IMG/VR virus record: IMGVR_UViG_3300024262_006558
Location: 186,001-250,000 of that record
Direction: 5' to 3' (one strand)
DNA: 64,000 nucleotides
Positions 41,456 through 51,590 of the stretch are shown here, piece after piece (the first letter of the stretch is position 1; each line of letters begins with the position of its first letter). The position numbers were made by a program, and so were the translations under genes. Under the pieces are notes generated by a model. It made no database searches and was not told where the DNA came from. It saw only the letters and a list, made by a program, of their open reading frames with translations.

Positions 41456-41564
41456 CAACACTAGATAAACTATCCATTGCAATCACTAAATTTAACAACC
41501 TCATACAATATCCTAGTAGAAAAATATTAGAACTAGCTACTAAACTATGGAGCAAGTATATCCC

Positions 41565-41792
41565 ATGAGAAAACAATTCTACATATCACCGCCTGAAGTA
41601 AACTATTACTTCAATACCACAGTAAAAGATATGCATACGCATAATGAAAGTCTTACAAGCTATGAATCCATCACTATGTTAGATTTCCTGGGACAAAAAG
41701 AAAGAGCTCTCAAAAGAGCGGAGAAATTCGCCCCAACAGTATTTAGTTATACAATAGTAAAAATTGAACTAGCTCGATATGAAATTATATGA
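41565..41792 (+). CDS. MRKxFY-family protein
   Basis: MRKQFYISP from the internal ATG at 41565. Confidence 0.7.
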   Translation: MRKQFYISPPEVNYYFNTTVKDMHTHNESLTSYESITMLDFLGQKERALKRAEKFAPTVFSYTIVKIELARYEII

Positions 41793-42112
41793 GGAAACTA
41801 TTCTATATAGGTCCAAAGATAGGATACTCCATAATACAATGCGGATCATCTGAAAGAATAGCGGGAACCCCATTCTGTACCAGAACTATAAAATCATACA
41901 ATCAGTATTCTAGAAAAGAATTACTCAGTATGTTTGAAATAGAACTTGAAGCTGAACTATGGGAAAAGTTTGATGAACATCTCTTCATATTTGACTTTAC
42001 CACAATATTTGTTGAAGAATATCTCCTGCCAAAACCAAACAAAGTACTACAAATTAGAATATCCCACTTCACGGAAGATCGACCAAGAAAAGGAGTAACA
42101 ATAATAACATGA
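41789..42112 (+). CDS. MRKxFY-family protein
   Basis: MRKLFYIGP. Confidence 0.7.
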   Translation: MRKLFYIGPKIGYSIIQCGSSERIAGTPFCTRTIKSYNQYSRKELLSMFEIELEAELWEKFDEHLFIFDFTTIFVEEYLLPKPNKVLQIRISHFTEDRPRKGVTIIT

Positions 42113-42366
42113 GAAAACACTTCTATTATAGACCACCAAAATCTACATGGAGAGTAACCTTCAAACCCTTTATAATGATAGGGTATAGAGAAGAAATGTC
42201 TACAGAGTATATCTCTGGAGTATTCATGAATAAAAACAGAGCAATTGAATCTTACTTCCAAACATTACAACACAGAGGAATCAAAGAAGCTCTTATAACG
42301 GATATATATGCTATAGAAGTAAAAGGTAGACCAATAGTATTTAATTATGAAAACATTATAATTTGA
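42109..42366 (+). CDS. MRKxFY-family protein
   Basis: MRKHFYYRP. Confidence 0.7.
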   Translation: MRKHFYYRPPKSTWRVTFKPFIMIGYREEMSTEYISGVFMNKNRAIESYFQTLQHRGIKEALITDIYAIEVKGRPIVFNYENIII

Positions 42367-42617
42367 GAAAAAGATTTTACATATCACCAGCATATAAGAA
42401 GTATAAATACTCATTCATAGCCGAAAGCCCTAAAGCTACACCTAACAGACAAAAATTCCACGTAATCAGAGCATATGTGAATTCCGCATTCGGAAAAGAA
42501 ATCGCCGAATTAGCTGGAGCCAAAAAAATAAAACATCTCATAACAAAACTCAAAAAGAAAGATGAACGAGAAGGGAAGTTTAGAATTTATTACACAGAAT
42601 TTGTAGAAGTGACTTAA
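42363..42617 (+). CDS. MRKxFY-family protein
   Basis: TTG start, MRKRFYISP. Confidence 0.65.
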   Translation: MRKRFYISPAYKKYKYSFIAESPKATPNRQKFHVIRAYVNSAFGKEIAELAGAKKIKHLITKLKKKDEREGKFRIYYTEFVEVT

Positions 42618-42658
42618 AAACGCTATTTTTAAAAAGGGCGCTAAAGCCCTTTTTAAAA

Positions 42659-42949
42659 ATGAGAAAAAGATTCTACTTTATGCCGCACAAAGAAACTAAG
42701 GTGACGCTAACCTTTCTAGCTCAAGGGACAAACTTTAGGGGAGCCGTGGAAAATGTATATAAAAATATAGAAACCACGTTGCTTAGAAGAAATATAGTAG
42801 AACAAGCTAAGAGATATGCGGAAGCCAGCTCATACCTAAGGCCATGCTTTGTAATACACGACTACCTGGCCGACTGCAAATCTATGCTAGTGAATATTAA
42901 AGGCCCGCAAGGAGATATCATCTGGGAAAATGATATGCAAGAAATATGA
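42659..42949 (+). CDS. MRKxFY-family protein
   Basis: MRKRFYFMP. Confidence 0.7.
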   Translation: MRKRFYFMPHKETKVTLTFLAQGTNFRGAVENVYKNIETTLLRRNIVEQAKRYAEASSYLRPCFVIHDYLADCKSMLVNIKGPQGDIIWENDMQEI

Positions 42950-43149
42950 GAAAAGTATTCTACCTAGGAATTAGAAGATACACAATAATAGGAACCGTGC
43001 AAAAATATGACAATGGAGGATACTCAATGCACACAATGAAAAAAACCTACTTTGGACTACATATCACATCAGCTGACGTGTTTGAAAGATTTAGTGAAGA
43101 AGCAGAAGGAACACTAATACTTTCATCAGTAAAAATAATACCATTTTGA
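42946..43149 (+). CDS. MRKxFY-family protein
   Basis: MRKVFYLG. Confidence 0.7.
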   Translation: MRKVFYLGIRRYTIIGTVQKYDNGGYSMHTMKKTYFGLHITSADVFERFSEEAEGTLILSSVKIIPF

Positions 43150-43361
43150 GAAAAGTATTCTACATAGCCCCTCACAAAAAAGATCCAATGCATATTATTT
43201 ATAATACGCCATTCGAAGATCTACTGGCAATTAATATAGCAGACATATTAAAAACAAAAGATATAACAATAGAATTTGTGGAAAAACCCGAAGATCACCT
43301 TAGTAACGCGTACACAGTACACTACAAAGACGGAACCAGCGTACCACTTGAATGGATTTAA
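43146..43361 (+). CDS. MRKxFY-family protein
   Basis: TTG start, MRKVFYIAP. Confidence 0.65.
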   Translation: MRKVFYIAPHKKDPMHIIYNTPFEDLLAINIADILKTKDITIEFVEKPEDHLSNAYTVHYKDGTSVPLEWI

Positions 43362-43364
43362 TAT

Positions 43365-43682
43365 ATGAGAAAAGTATTCTACATAGCGCCCTCCTTCTCT
43401 GGATACGAATTATCCACCCCAGTACACATACACTCTAAAGTAGGATTCGTTTCTAACAGTCTCATAGGACGCTACGTAGGGCCTTCGATTGATTTAGATA
43501 AAGTACGAGCTGATTATAAAGAAAAAGTCCTTAAATACATACAACATAGGCGAGCAGAGGGGTGTGGGTTAACCTTGGGAGATCTTAATATTAATCTAGT
43601 TAGAAATGTTTGTGAATATTCATACAGTTTCGATTCTGTAATGATTTTTCTTAATGAGGACAAGTTGGTGTCTGAATTTTAG
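43365..43682 (+). CDS. MRKxFY-family protein
   Basis: MRKVFYIAP. Confidence 0.7.
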   Translation: MRKVFYIAPSFSGYELSTPVHIHSKVGFVSNSLIGRYVGPSIDLDKVRADYKEKVLKYIQHRRAEGCGLTLGDLNINLVRNVCEYSYSFDSVMIFLNEDKLVSEF

Positions 43683-44060
43683 ACCTAAAAATTTGGGGAA
43701 AAAATTTTAAGACCTCACTATTTGGATAAGTCGAAAAGAGGAGGGGGTGTTGTTTTTAGACATAGTGTTCCCTAAAGAAATCTTTCCTGGAGAAGTGCGT
43801 TTCTGGGTCAAAATAGATGGTGGGATTTTTTGGGAAAAAATTTGGTAGAAAATTTCTCTACGCACTGGGCCTCCCCACCACACCCCCCTGTTTAGGGGGT
43901 TAATTATTGATACGACCCTAAATAGACCCCCTAATTAGACCCCTTAAATACCACATTAGACCCCCTAACCGCTTGCTTAAGGGGCTTAAATAACCAAACC
44001 CCCTTACAGGGTTTGGATTCATTAGGGGCTTAATTAGACCCCTTAAGATTAGACCTCTAA
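43680..44060. repeat. Non-coding region with TAGACCCC iterated repeats and G/C runs
   Basis: TAGACCCC at 43923, 43936, 43957, 44035; variants at 43680 and 44050; opposing TWAGGGG elements. Confidence 0.75.
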
Positions 44061-44276
44061 AACACCGTCCTCTATATGTCCAAAGAATGGTGAAAGACCA
44101 TTATAAACATTACTGTCAAAGTTACGAGGGAATTCAATAGCTTTTACTTTGCCTATCTTTTTTACGTTCGCCTCTTTAGAGTATAAGCCGTCTACGAATT
44201 TAAAAACTTCACCTTTGGAGTTTTTAAAGTAAGGTGTATTGTTTCCTTTGTTGTCGTTAATTGCTGCAAATATCAT
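44049..44276 (-). CDS. Hypothetical protein behind repeat A
   Basis: ATG at 44276 just downstream of the minus-strand repeat copy. Confidence 0.55.
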   Translation of the reverse strand: MIFAAINDNKGNNTPYFKNSKGEVFKFVDGLYSKEANVKKIGKVKAIEFPRNFDSNVYNGLSPFFGHIEDGVLEV

Positions 44277-44327
44277 AATCCTTTGTTTTGATTCACCAAT
44301 ATATACCACGAGTGGGATATTATGTAC

Positions 44328-45095
44328 TTACTCATAGAAGTTCAATTTATTTTGTAGTGCTACTAACATGTTAATATCTTGTATTGGGGTCATTGTATTT
44401 ACGCTCTCTATTTCTTTTGTTGATATAGGTGTTTTGTTTCTTTTTATATCTACAATCATAATAGTATTATCTAAAAATGAATGAGATATATTTATGACGT
44501 CTATACGTTTGTCTTTAACTATTATTGTGTTACCAATAAATTCATAGACAGGTAGGATTCCAGTATTTACTTTTACAGTATTTTTATTCTTATAAAAGTT
44601 CTTTTTAAATCTTGTTAAGTTTGGCACGTTACAAGTCGCTCTTTTACATAAGTGAATTGATTTTTTAACGTTATCTAGTGAAATATCTTTTACAAAGACG
44701 TTTCTTAGTGGCATATCATTTACATATATGGCTATTTTGTCTCCATACATAAAAGCGTTTACAGTAACGTTATTAAAAACAAATGTAGTGTGTTTAGATT
44801 CTCTATGTATGTTTATGCGTTCGATTTGTTTTTTACTTCTATATTCTATTTCAGAATCAATTTTACTTTTTACATATTCTAGGCTTGTTCCGTCAACAGG
44901 TTTAGGTGAATAGCATCCTGTTTGAAATGTGTAGTTTTTATATTTACCAACACTAACGGAATAATAAGGGTTGTCGATTGAGTTAAGCTTTAACCCATCC
45001 TTGTCAGTTATAGACACGCTATTGGAGATAGGCTCATCGTTCATAAAAATATCTACACCTCTATATGTTTCAATTACTGTTTTTTGATTAATCAT
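44328..45095 (-). CDS. Hypothetical protein behind repeat A
   Basis: 255 aa; its stop abuts the next repeat copy. Confidence 0.6.
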   Translation of the reverse strand: MINQKTVIETYRGVDIFMNDEPISNSVSITDKDGLKLNSIDNPYYSVSVGKYKNYTFQTGCYSPKPVDGTSLEYVKSKIDSEIEYRSKKQIERINIHRESKHTTFVFNNVTVNAFMYGDKIAIYVNDMPLRNVFVKDISLDNVKKSIHLCKRATCNVPNLTRFKKNFYKNKNTVKVNTGILPVYEFIGNTIIVKDKRIDVINISHSFLDNTIMIVDIKRNKTPISTKEIESVNTMTPIQDINMLVALQNKLNFYE

Positions 45096-45472
45096 AATGC
45101 GTTTCTTTTTGATTCGATAATATATACGTTGGAGGGGATATTGTGTACTAAATAAGAAAAACCCTTAGTATGGGAGTACTAAGGGTTTTATAGCGAAAAT
45201 GAAAACAAAACTTTAGAAGTGATATCTAATTATAATTTTGAAGAAATAAGTTAATCAAGTATCTACGAAGTTTTATCATTTCATTTATATATACACTAAC
45301 GAAGTAATTTTAAATTTGTTGCCACATATGAAACATTTATATTTCTCTTAGTAATTCCGCACCTTCGTATACCATGATATTCAATACACTATAGGGTTGG
45401 AGCTTGTATCCTGGAAAGTACATAATGTCCCCGTGGTCGTATATATTGTTGAATCAAAAAAACATACATATT

Positions 45473-45853
45473 ATGAAAGCTCACATGGAAATCGCAAATA
45501 CAATTTTATCACAGTTAAAAACTGGACAACAAAGCAAAATTAGAATGATGCGTTGGGGTGCAACTGGTTTTATGGGAATGAAGAAAGAAGGCAAGCTTGG
45601 CACGCTTAGATTTAAAGTGAACGGTTTGAAGTTCAAAGGATTTGTTTATATCTCTTTGAATGGCTCAGATACTTACGACATTGAATTTGTGAAAGTTAAG
45701 AGACGTAAAGATGAAGAGCTTAGCAAATTATACGGAAGAACTAAGTTTGAAGAGTACACTGAAACGGTGAAAGAGATGAACGGTATCTATTGCGACCAAA
45801 TGAATGAGTTGATAGATGAATATGTAGAGAAACAAAGTAACTATGCGTTTTAG
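45473..45853 (+). CDS. Hypothetical phage protein
   Basis: ATG after repeat A; IANTILSQL..FKVNG..SDTYDIEF..IYCDQM. Confidence 0.65.
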   Translation: MKAHMEIANTILSQLKTGQQSKIRMMRWGATGFMGMKKEGKLGTLRFKVNGLKFKGFVYISLNGSDTYDIEFVKVKRRKDEELSKLYGRTKFEEYTETVKEMNGIYCDQMNELIDEYVEKQSNYAF

Positions 45854-45905
45854 TACATAGTTTCCCCTTGGGGGTATATATTATTGAATTTTAAAAGAAG
45901 ATATT

Positions 45906-46124
45906 ATGTCACTTATAAAAAATGCAAAGTATAAAGATAACACCACTTACAAGTATGGGACACTTACTTATACGGGTAAAAAGAAAGATATTAATTATGG
46001 CATGGGTTCTTTTGAAATGTCTCATTGTTTTGATTACGTAGATAACAACTTCCCAAAAGAGTTTGGAGTAACAAAGAAATGGCTTACAGAATCTTATATT
46101 AAAAATCATTTAACAGCTCTTTAG
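45906..46124 (+). CDS. Hypothetical protein
   Basis: Behind repeat A. Confidence 0.6.
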   Translation: MSLIKNAKYKDNTTYKYGTLTYTGKKKDINYGMGSFEMSHCFDYVDNNFPKEFGVTKKWLTESYIKNHLTAL

Positions 46125-46289
46125 TTAGAGCTGTTTTTTTATTTGTGTATCTCTGAATTTTTCCGCAACTGCGTAAACCTTATCAGATACAGAGGGAGAG
46201 ATTGAGGTCACAAAAGCTGAAAAGTAAACTTTCCTATAAGTACATAGTTTCCCCCTCGTGGTATATATTGGTGAATCAAATTTAAAGAC

Positions 46290-46529
46290 ATGAAAACCAT
46301 TAAAGATTATAAAGTAGATTTTAAAGTAGCCAATAGTGATTATGGAACTTTAACTATACCAAAAGGAACAAGTGTGACAAATCAAACAGCAATGGGAATT
46401 GATAAAAACTATCATTTTGTTAATGATTTTTCATGGGTGAAAAAACATGAATGCGGTACTATACAACATGGCTTATTGCATGATTTAAAACACTATGGAA
46501 TTAATGTCCCAAAAGAATATGTGTCTTAG
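46290..46529 (+). CDS. Hypothetical protein
   Basis: Behind repeat A; stop overlaps the next copy. Confidence 0.6.
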   Translation: MKTIKDYKVDFKVANSDYGTLTIPKGTSVTNQTAMGIDKNYHFVNDFSWVKKHECGTIQHGLLHDLKHYGINVPKEYVS

Positions 46530-46797
46530 TACATAGTTTCCCCCTCGTGGTATATATTGGTGAATCAAATTTAAAGACATGAATCAATTACTTAGTACTC
46601 CGAACAAAAGCAAACAAGCATCAAAGGTTTTACAGTTGATGGATAGAGATTATAGTTATGAAGAATCTTTAGCAATCATATTGAATGCTGACAAAAGGCT
46701 TAGTAAGTCGAAGTTAGAAACTGAATTAAATCTTTACATATAAAGTACACAGTTTCCCCTTGGGGGTATATATTGGTGAATCAAAACAAAAAAAGTT

Positions 46798-47130
46798 ATG
46801 TGTTATTATTCAGATGAATTAAAAAGAATTAGTACAAAGTCAGAATTTCCAGCTCAAGTAAAATTATCTGATGCGGAAGGGAATAAGACAAAATTCTTAA
46901 GTCTCAATAAAGAGAGTGCAAAGGTTTTAGTTGAGTGGTTAACTACTAACTTTTTAGAAGCACCCGCAACTTTAAACGAAGTTATTGAAGGTGGTAAAAT
47001 GGTTGCCGAATATGAAACGCAGGATTTTGATGATACAGAAATGTATTTAGTAGAAGTCTATCATTTTGAGGATTCTCTTTATTATATCGCAAATGGCGCA
47101 ATAATCAGAAGAGGCCCTATAAAGAAATAA
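46798..47130 (+). CDS. Hypothetical protein
   Basis: Behind repeat A. Confidence 0.6.
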   Translation: MCYYSDELKRISTKSEFPAQVKLSDAEGNKTKFLSLNKESAKVLVEWLTTNFLEAPATLNEVIEGGKMVAEYETQDFDDTEMYLVEVYHFEDSLYYIANGAIIRRGPIKK

Positions 47131-47519
47131 AGTACACAGTTTCCCCTTGGGGGTATATATTATCGAATCAAAAAAACATTAAGATTATGAAGACTAATAA
47201 AAGACAAGAGAGAAGAGACGTTTCAGAAAAGAAAAAAGAAACATTCAATCAAAGTGCTAAAAAAGGGATGACTCCTTACAAGAGCAGAAAGCCTAAGCAC
47301 AAGAATGAAGATTTATTTGCTCATCTTGATGCTGTCTTAAAATACTAAAAGTACCATAGCGATAGTTCAAATAAAGAGGTTTCTAACCTCTTTTTTTTGT
47401 TTACTTGCTTCTCTGGTTTTTTCCGCACATTCGTAAACCTTGATGTCCCCCTATGCTGTTTGACCAAAAGTACATAGTTTCCCCGTCACCGTATATATTA
47501 GCGAATCAAAACAAACATT

Positions 47520-48419
47520 ATGAAAACGGCTGATATTTACCAAAAAGTTACAGATAGAATTTTAGACCTAATAGATAATGGCGGTAAATTGCCATGGGAA
47601 AAGCCATGGGACTATAATGGTCAGCTACCTTGTAACTATGCAAGTAAGAAGCCTTACAGAGGTATTAATTTAATTATGACTGCATTCGATGAATTTAATA
47701 GTCCTTTTTACTTAACTGCAAATGAGATCAAAAAGCGTAAAGGCTCTTGGAGCGGTAAGGGTACTTTAATAGTATTTTGGAAGTTCTTAAAATTCAAAGA
47801 CAAAGATGATGAAAACAAGTTAAAGACTGTACCAATGTTAAAACATTACTATGTTTGGAATGAAGAACAAATAACGGGTATAGAGTTCAAGCATAACGAT
47901 AAGCATGAAATAAAAGATTTCGGCACAATCAATGAAGTAGAAGACATTTTTGCAAATATGCCTAATAAGCCTTCTATCATTCATGAAGAACAAGACAGAG
48001 CTTGTTATTCTCCAATTGCTGATACTGTAATGATGCCTTTAAAAGGTCAGTTCAAATGTTTAGAGTCTTATTACAAAACATTTGCGCATGAATTAATTCA
48101 TTCTACTGGTCATGAAGACAGATTAAATAGAGATGGTGTTGCAAACTTTGACAAATTCGGTTCACATCAATATTCTAAAGAAGAACTAGTTGCTGAAATG
48201 GGTGCATCTTTTATTATGGGTATGGCTGGATTAGAGTCAACTCAAGAAAATTCAGCATCTTATATTAAAAGCTGGAGAAACAAAATAGCTGGAGATAATA
48301 AGTTAATTATTCAAGCTGCTGGACAGGCTCAAAAAGCGGTGGACTATGTTTTGGGAACTTACAAGGATTACGCTGAAATTGAGAAGGAAAACGATAATTC
48401 AAAAGCAATGGCGGTTTAA
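47520..48419 (+). CDS. ardC: ArdC-like antirestriction ssDNA-binding protein with zincin domain
   Basis: IYQKVTDRI..PWEKPW..YRGIN; AHELIHSTGH..RLNR; YSKEELVAEMGA; NSASYIKSW; AAGQAQKAVDY. Confidence 0.85.
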   Translation: MKTADIYQKVTDRILDLIDNGGKLPWEKPWDYNGQLPCNYASKKPYRGINLIMTAFDEFNSPFYLTANEIKKRKGSWSGKGTLIVFWKFLKFKDKDDENKLKTVPMLKHYYVWNEEQITGIEFKHNDKHEIKDFGTINEVEDIFANMPNKPSIIHEEQDRACYSPIADTVMMPLKGQFKCLESYYKTFAHELIHSTGHEDRLNRDGVANFDKFGSHQYSKEELVAEMGASFIMGMAGLESTQENSASYIKSWRNKIAGDNKLIIQAAGQAQKAVDYVLGTYKDYAEIEKENDNSKAMAV

Positions 48420-48573
48420 TAAAAAGGGTGGATTATTTTCCACCTTTTTTATTGGGGAGAGTTCTCTGAAAAATTCCGCATTATCGTAAACCTTAACCTC
48501 GTAATACATACCAATAACAAAGTACATAATATCCCCTTCGCCGTATATATTGATGAATCTAAACAAAATCATC

Positions 48574-48894
48574 ATGAAAATAGAGTTAATAAACAAAAAA
48601 CAGCATAAAGTTCTAAAAGACATTCAATCTAATCACCCATTGTTAACATTTCAAAATGTAGGTTACGAATACATTAACAAAGACAAATTAAGCAATGATG
48701 ATTTAGAGGCTTTAGAAGTGATAAAAGGTATTTTAAAATCGCACGTTTGCGGTTTCTCAAAATTCTTCAATTTCAAAATAGATAGTGATAATGATATAGT
48801 TATGCGATTTGATTATAATTATGGTTATGATGGTGGTCAATACTTCATTGGGGTTGGATATCTAAAGTTAGATGAATTACTAAAGGGGTTTTAG
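48574..48894 (+). CDS. Hypothetical protein
   Basis: Behind repeat A. Confidence 0.6.
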   Translation: MKIELINKKQHKVLKDIQSNHPLLTFQNVGYEYINKDKLSNDDLEALEVIKGILKSHVCGFSKFFNFKIDSDNDIVMRFDYNYGYDGGQYFIGVGYLKLDELLKGF

Positions 48895-48971
48895 AAATAA
48901 GGTACATAATATCCCCCTCACCGTATATATTAGTGAATCAAAAGTTAAACAAAACCAAAACAAATACAATT

Positions 48972-49226
48972 ATGAAAAAGACTTATGCAATCATCGCAAT
49001 TTATCTATTAGCTGGTCTTGCAGGACACGCAGGAAACAGCACTGAGGTTACTGAGTTTATGACTCAAACGGTTAACGTCAACGGTCATGGGGTGAACAGT
49101 TCACTTCAAATGTGGCAAAGCTTATTAGCATTAGCTACACCCGTTATCCTCATAGGAGGTGCAACGCTAATCGGTTACGTAAAGTATCGTAATGCAGAAG
49201 CAAAAAAAGCTACACAATTAGGTTGA
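48972..49226 (+). CDS. Small membrane protein
   Basis: Signal/TM segment plus a second TM; behind repeat A. Confidence 0.6.
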   Translation: MKKTYAIIAIYLLAGLAGHAGNSTEVTEFMTQTVNVNGHGVNSSLQMWQSLLALATPVILIGGATLIGYVKYRNAEAKKATQLG

Positions 49227-49519
49227 AACCCTTCGGGGTTTTCACATTCAGACAAGGAAGGCGAATATGGCTGAATGCGTTAAGTCCGCGAAGTACGGCT
49301 AAGTATAACATAAGAAAAGAAATAAACTTAATTGAAAGCATAAAAAACCCATCTATTAAATTAGATGGGTTTTTTATTAGGGAGAGTTCTCTAAGTATTT
49401 CCGCAATATCGTAAACCTTAATCTCATGATACATATCCAGAAAAGCTGAAAAGTAAACTTTCCTATAAGTACATAGTTTCCCCATTACCGTATATATTGG
49501 TGAATCAGAATTTAAAGAG

Positions 49520-49996
49520 ATGAAAAAGATAGCATTAGTAGACGTATTCAATGGAGAGGGATATTCAGACCCTACGGTCAAAGTAGTAGAAGATTGTAGT
49601 CAAGAAATGTTTGACTCAATAGAGGAAATGCGTACTTCTTATGGGGGAGATGACTTCGAGCAAGTGGAGGGAGAGTTAGAAGATTATTCTGATACCGTTC
49701 ACATGGCTTTTAATGGGATAGGTCATTCAGAAGATGATAACGGAGCAATTCATGTTATTGAAATTCCTAAAGGGAGAGTTTTACTTTTGTTATTGCAACC
49801 GTGTGAATGTGAGGTTAAAGTTTTTGGAACGTATGATTCAAAAGAAGAAGCTGAAATTGCTATGAAAGAAGAGGTTTATAAGGATTCAAACGGATATGAT
49901 TCTGATGAAGTAGAAGAATGGGAAGAAGAAGAAATTACTGATAGCTTTTCAGCACATGGAAAAGATAGTTTTGATTTTTATAAAATCATTAGTTAG
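49520..49996 (+). CDS. Acidic hypothetical protein
   Basis: Very D/E-rich; behind repeat A. Confidence 0.65.
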   Translation: MKKIALVDVFNGEGYSDPTVKVVEDCSQEMFDSIEEMRTSYGGDDFEQVEGELEDYSDTVHMAFNGIGHSEDDNGAIHVIEIPKGRVLLLLLQPCECEVKVFGTYDSKEEAEIAMKEEVYKDSNGYDSDEVEEWEEEEITDSFSAHGKDSFDFYKIIS

Positions 49997-50046
49997 TACA
50001 TAGTTTCCCCATCACCGTATATATTGTTGAATCAAAAATTAAGAAC

Positions 50047-50289
50047 ATGGAATTATTAAATGCAAAAGAAATGGCAAATAAAGTAGTTATTGACGAAAGT
50101 TTTCTTAAAGAAATAACTAAAAAAATTAATGAAAACGCTAAAAGTGGACGAATAGCTATTAACTGCGGTTGGAGATGGTGTTCCGCACAAGCAAAGTCTC
50201 ACGCTATTAACGTTTTAAAAAGTAATGGATATGGTATTGGATTTAGTACAAATTGTCATGGTGTGGACAGGCTGATAGTGACTTGGTAA
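50047..50289 (+). CDS. Hypothetical protein
   Basis: Behind repeat A. Confidence 0.6.
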   Translation: MELLNAKEMANKVVIDESFLKEITKKINENAKSGRIAINCGWRWCSAQAKSHAINVLKSNGYGIGFSTNCHGVDRLIVTW

Positions 50290-50427
50290 CAATATATAAC
50301 TTAAAAATAAAGATAACTCTATAGGGTTATCTTTATTTTAGTTATCGGTACATAATATCCCCATCACCGTATATATTGGTGAATCGGACAAACAGATAGT
50401 TTGCCAGTAAACGAAACAAAATCAGTT

Positions 50428-50739
50428 ATGAATAAGTCGGAAGAAAAGTTACACAATCAAGCGGTTAAGTATTTGGAATCTATAGGAGCAAAAGCTATAG
50501 ACAAAGAAGATATGCAAAGGTCGTATACTCACGCTTATGAATGTGCTATTGGAACTTTGTTTTTGAGAGTGGATACAGAGGGAACTATTTTCACTTTGTT
50601 TGGAAACTTTTTAAATGACATAGAAAAAGCAAAGAAAGAAATTGGGCATTGGAAACACAATTTACATATGTCAAAGAAATGTTTGAAATTAGTAGGATAT
50701 AAGAATGCTATTGATGAGCATTTAGAAATCGTGTCATAA
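50428..50739 (+). CDS. Hypothetical protein
   Basis: Behind repeat A. Confidence 0.6.
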   Translation: MNKSEEKLHNQAVKYLESIGAKAIDKEDMQRSYTHAYECAIGTLFLRVDTEGTIFTLFGNFLNDIEKAKKEIGHWKHNLHMSKKCLKLVGYKNAIDEHLEIVS

Positions 50740-50822
50740 GTACATAGTCTCCCCATCACCGTATATATTGTTGAATCGGACAAACAACAAGTTTGCCAGT
50801 AAACGAAAAACAAACAAACATT

Positions 50823-51035
50823 ATGAAAAGAGCATTATTTATCGCATTAAAAGAAAACGGTCAAGTTGTAGATTACGTTGATAGCGTAGGGGTAAAGAAC
50901 AGAACCGTTGAAGACCTTATCGAAATGATTGTTGCTAAAGGCGACAAAGTAACCAACATGGTTATTAACAAAGTAAAAACAGCTCCAAAGGAGACTTGGA
51001 ACAAATTGAAAGCGGGATTCGCTAGAGCAAACTAA
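50823..51035 (+). CDS. Hypothetical protein
   Basis: Behind repeat A. Confidence 0.6.
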   Translation: MKRALFIALKENGQVVDYVDSVGVKNRTVEDLIEMIVAKGDKVTNMVINKVKTAPKETWNKLKAGFARAN

Positions 51036-51212
51036 TTGTTTGATTCAAAGATTCGGGGACTTGTTCCCCTTTCTTTTTGTTTGTGCATCTCTGAGTTTTT
51101 CCGCATCTTCGTAAACCTAATCTTTTGTTAACCAGATCCAGGAAAGCTGATCTTTCCCATAAGTACATAATATCCCCATGGTCGTATATATTACCGAATC
51201 AAAAGTAAAAAC

Positions 51213-51545
51213 ATGAACTATTCAAAAAACAATCGTTTAATAGCAGAATTTATGCAAGCGCCATTTTATTCTCCAAATGATTTTGATTTATATAGCACTA
51301 GCGGTTTAAATCATATCTTTAGAGATGTTGAAAGTGATGATGCTAATGCTCAACACTTCTTTAGAGGTGAACAAATGTTATTTCATAATTCATGGGACTG
51401 GTTAATTCCTGTAATACAAAAAATTAAAGAGATTGATTCTTCTATTGGTATAGAGCAAAGGCTTAATCCTTTTACTTACAACTTAGATTCTGTTTATGCT
51501 GGAGTTATTGAGTTCATTAAATCTTATAACCATAAAAGTACATAA
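51213..51545 (+). CDS. Hypothetical phage protein
   Basis: NNRLIAEFM..FHNSWDWLIPVIQKI; the stop is supplied by the next repeat A. Confidence 0.65.
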   Translation: MNYSKNNRLIAEFMQAPFYSPNDFDLYSTSGLNHIFRDVESDDANAQHFFRGEQMLFHNSWDWLIPVIQKIKEIDSSIGIEQRLNPFTYNLDSVYAGVIEFIKSYNHKST

Positions 51546-51590
51546 TTTCCCCCGTACCGTATATATTGGTGAATTTAAACAAAGCATATT

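Noticed and set aside
36859-43682. MRKxFY starts as a DNA-level repeat or promoter
   Set aside because: Codons vary synonymously while the amino acids are kept, which points to a peptide-level constraint.
49227-49380. Possible ribozyme or riboswitch after the 48972 gene
   Set aside because: Only small hairpins (AAACCC-TTCG-GGGTTT, CATTCAG/CTGAATG) and a terminator; no recognisable catalytic or aptamer core.
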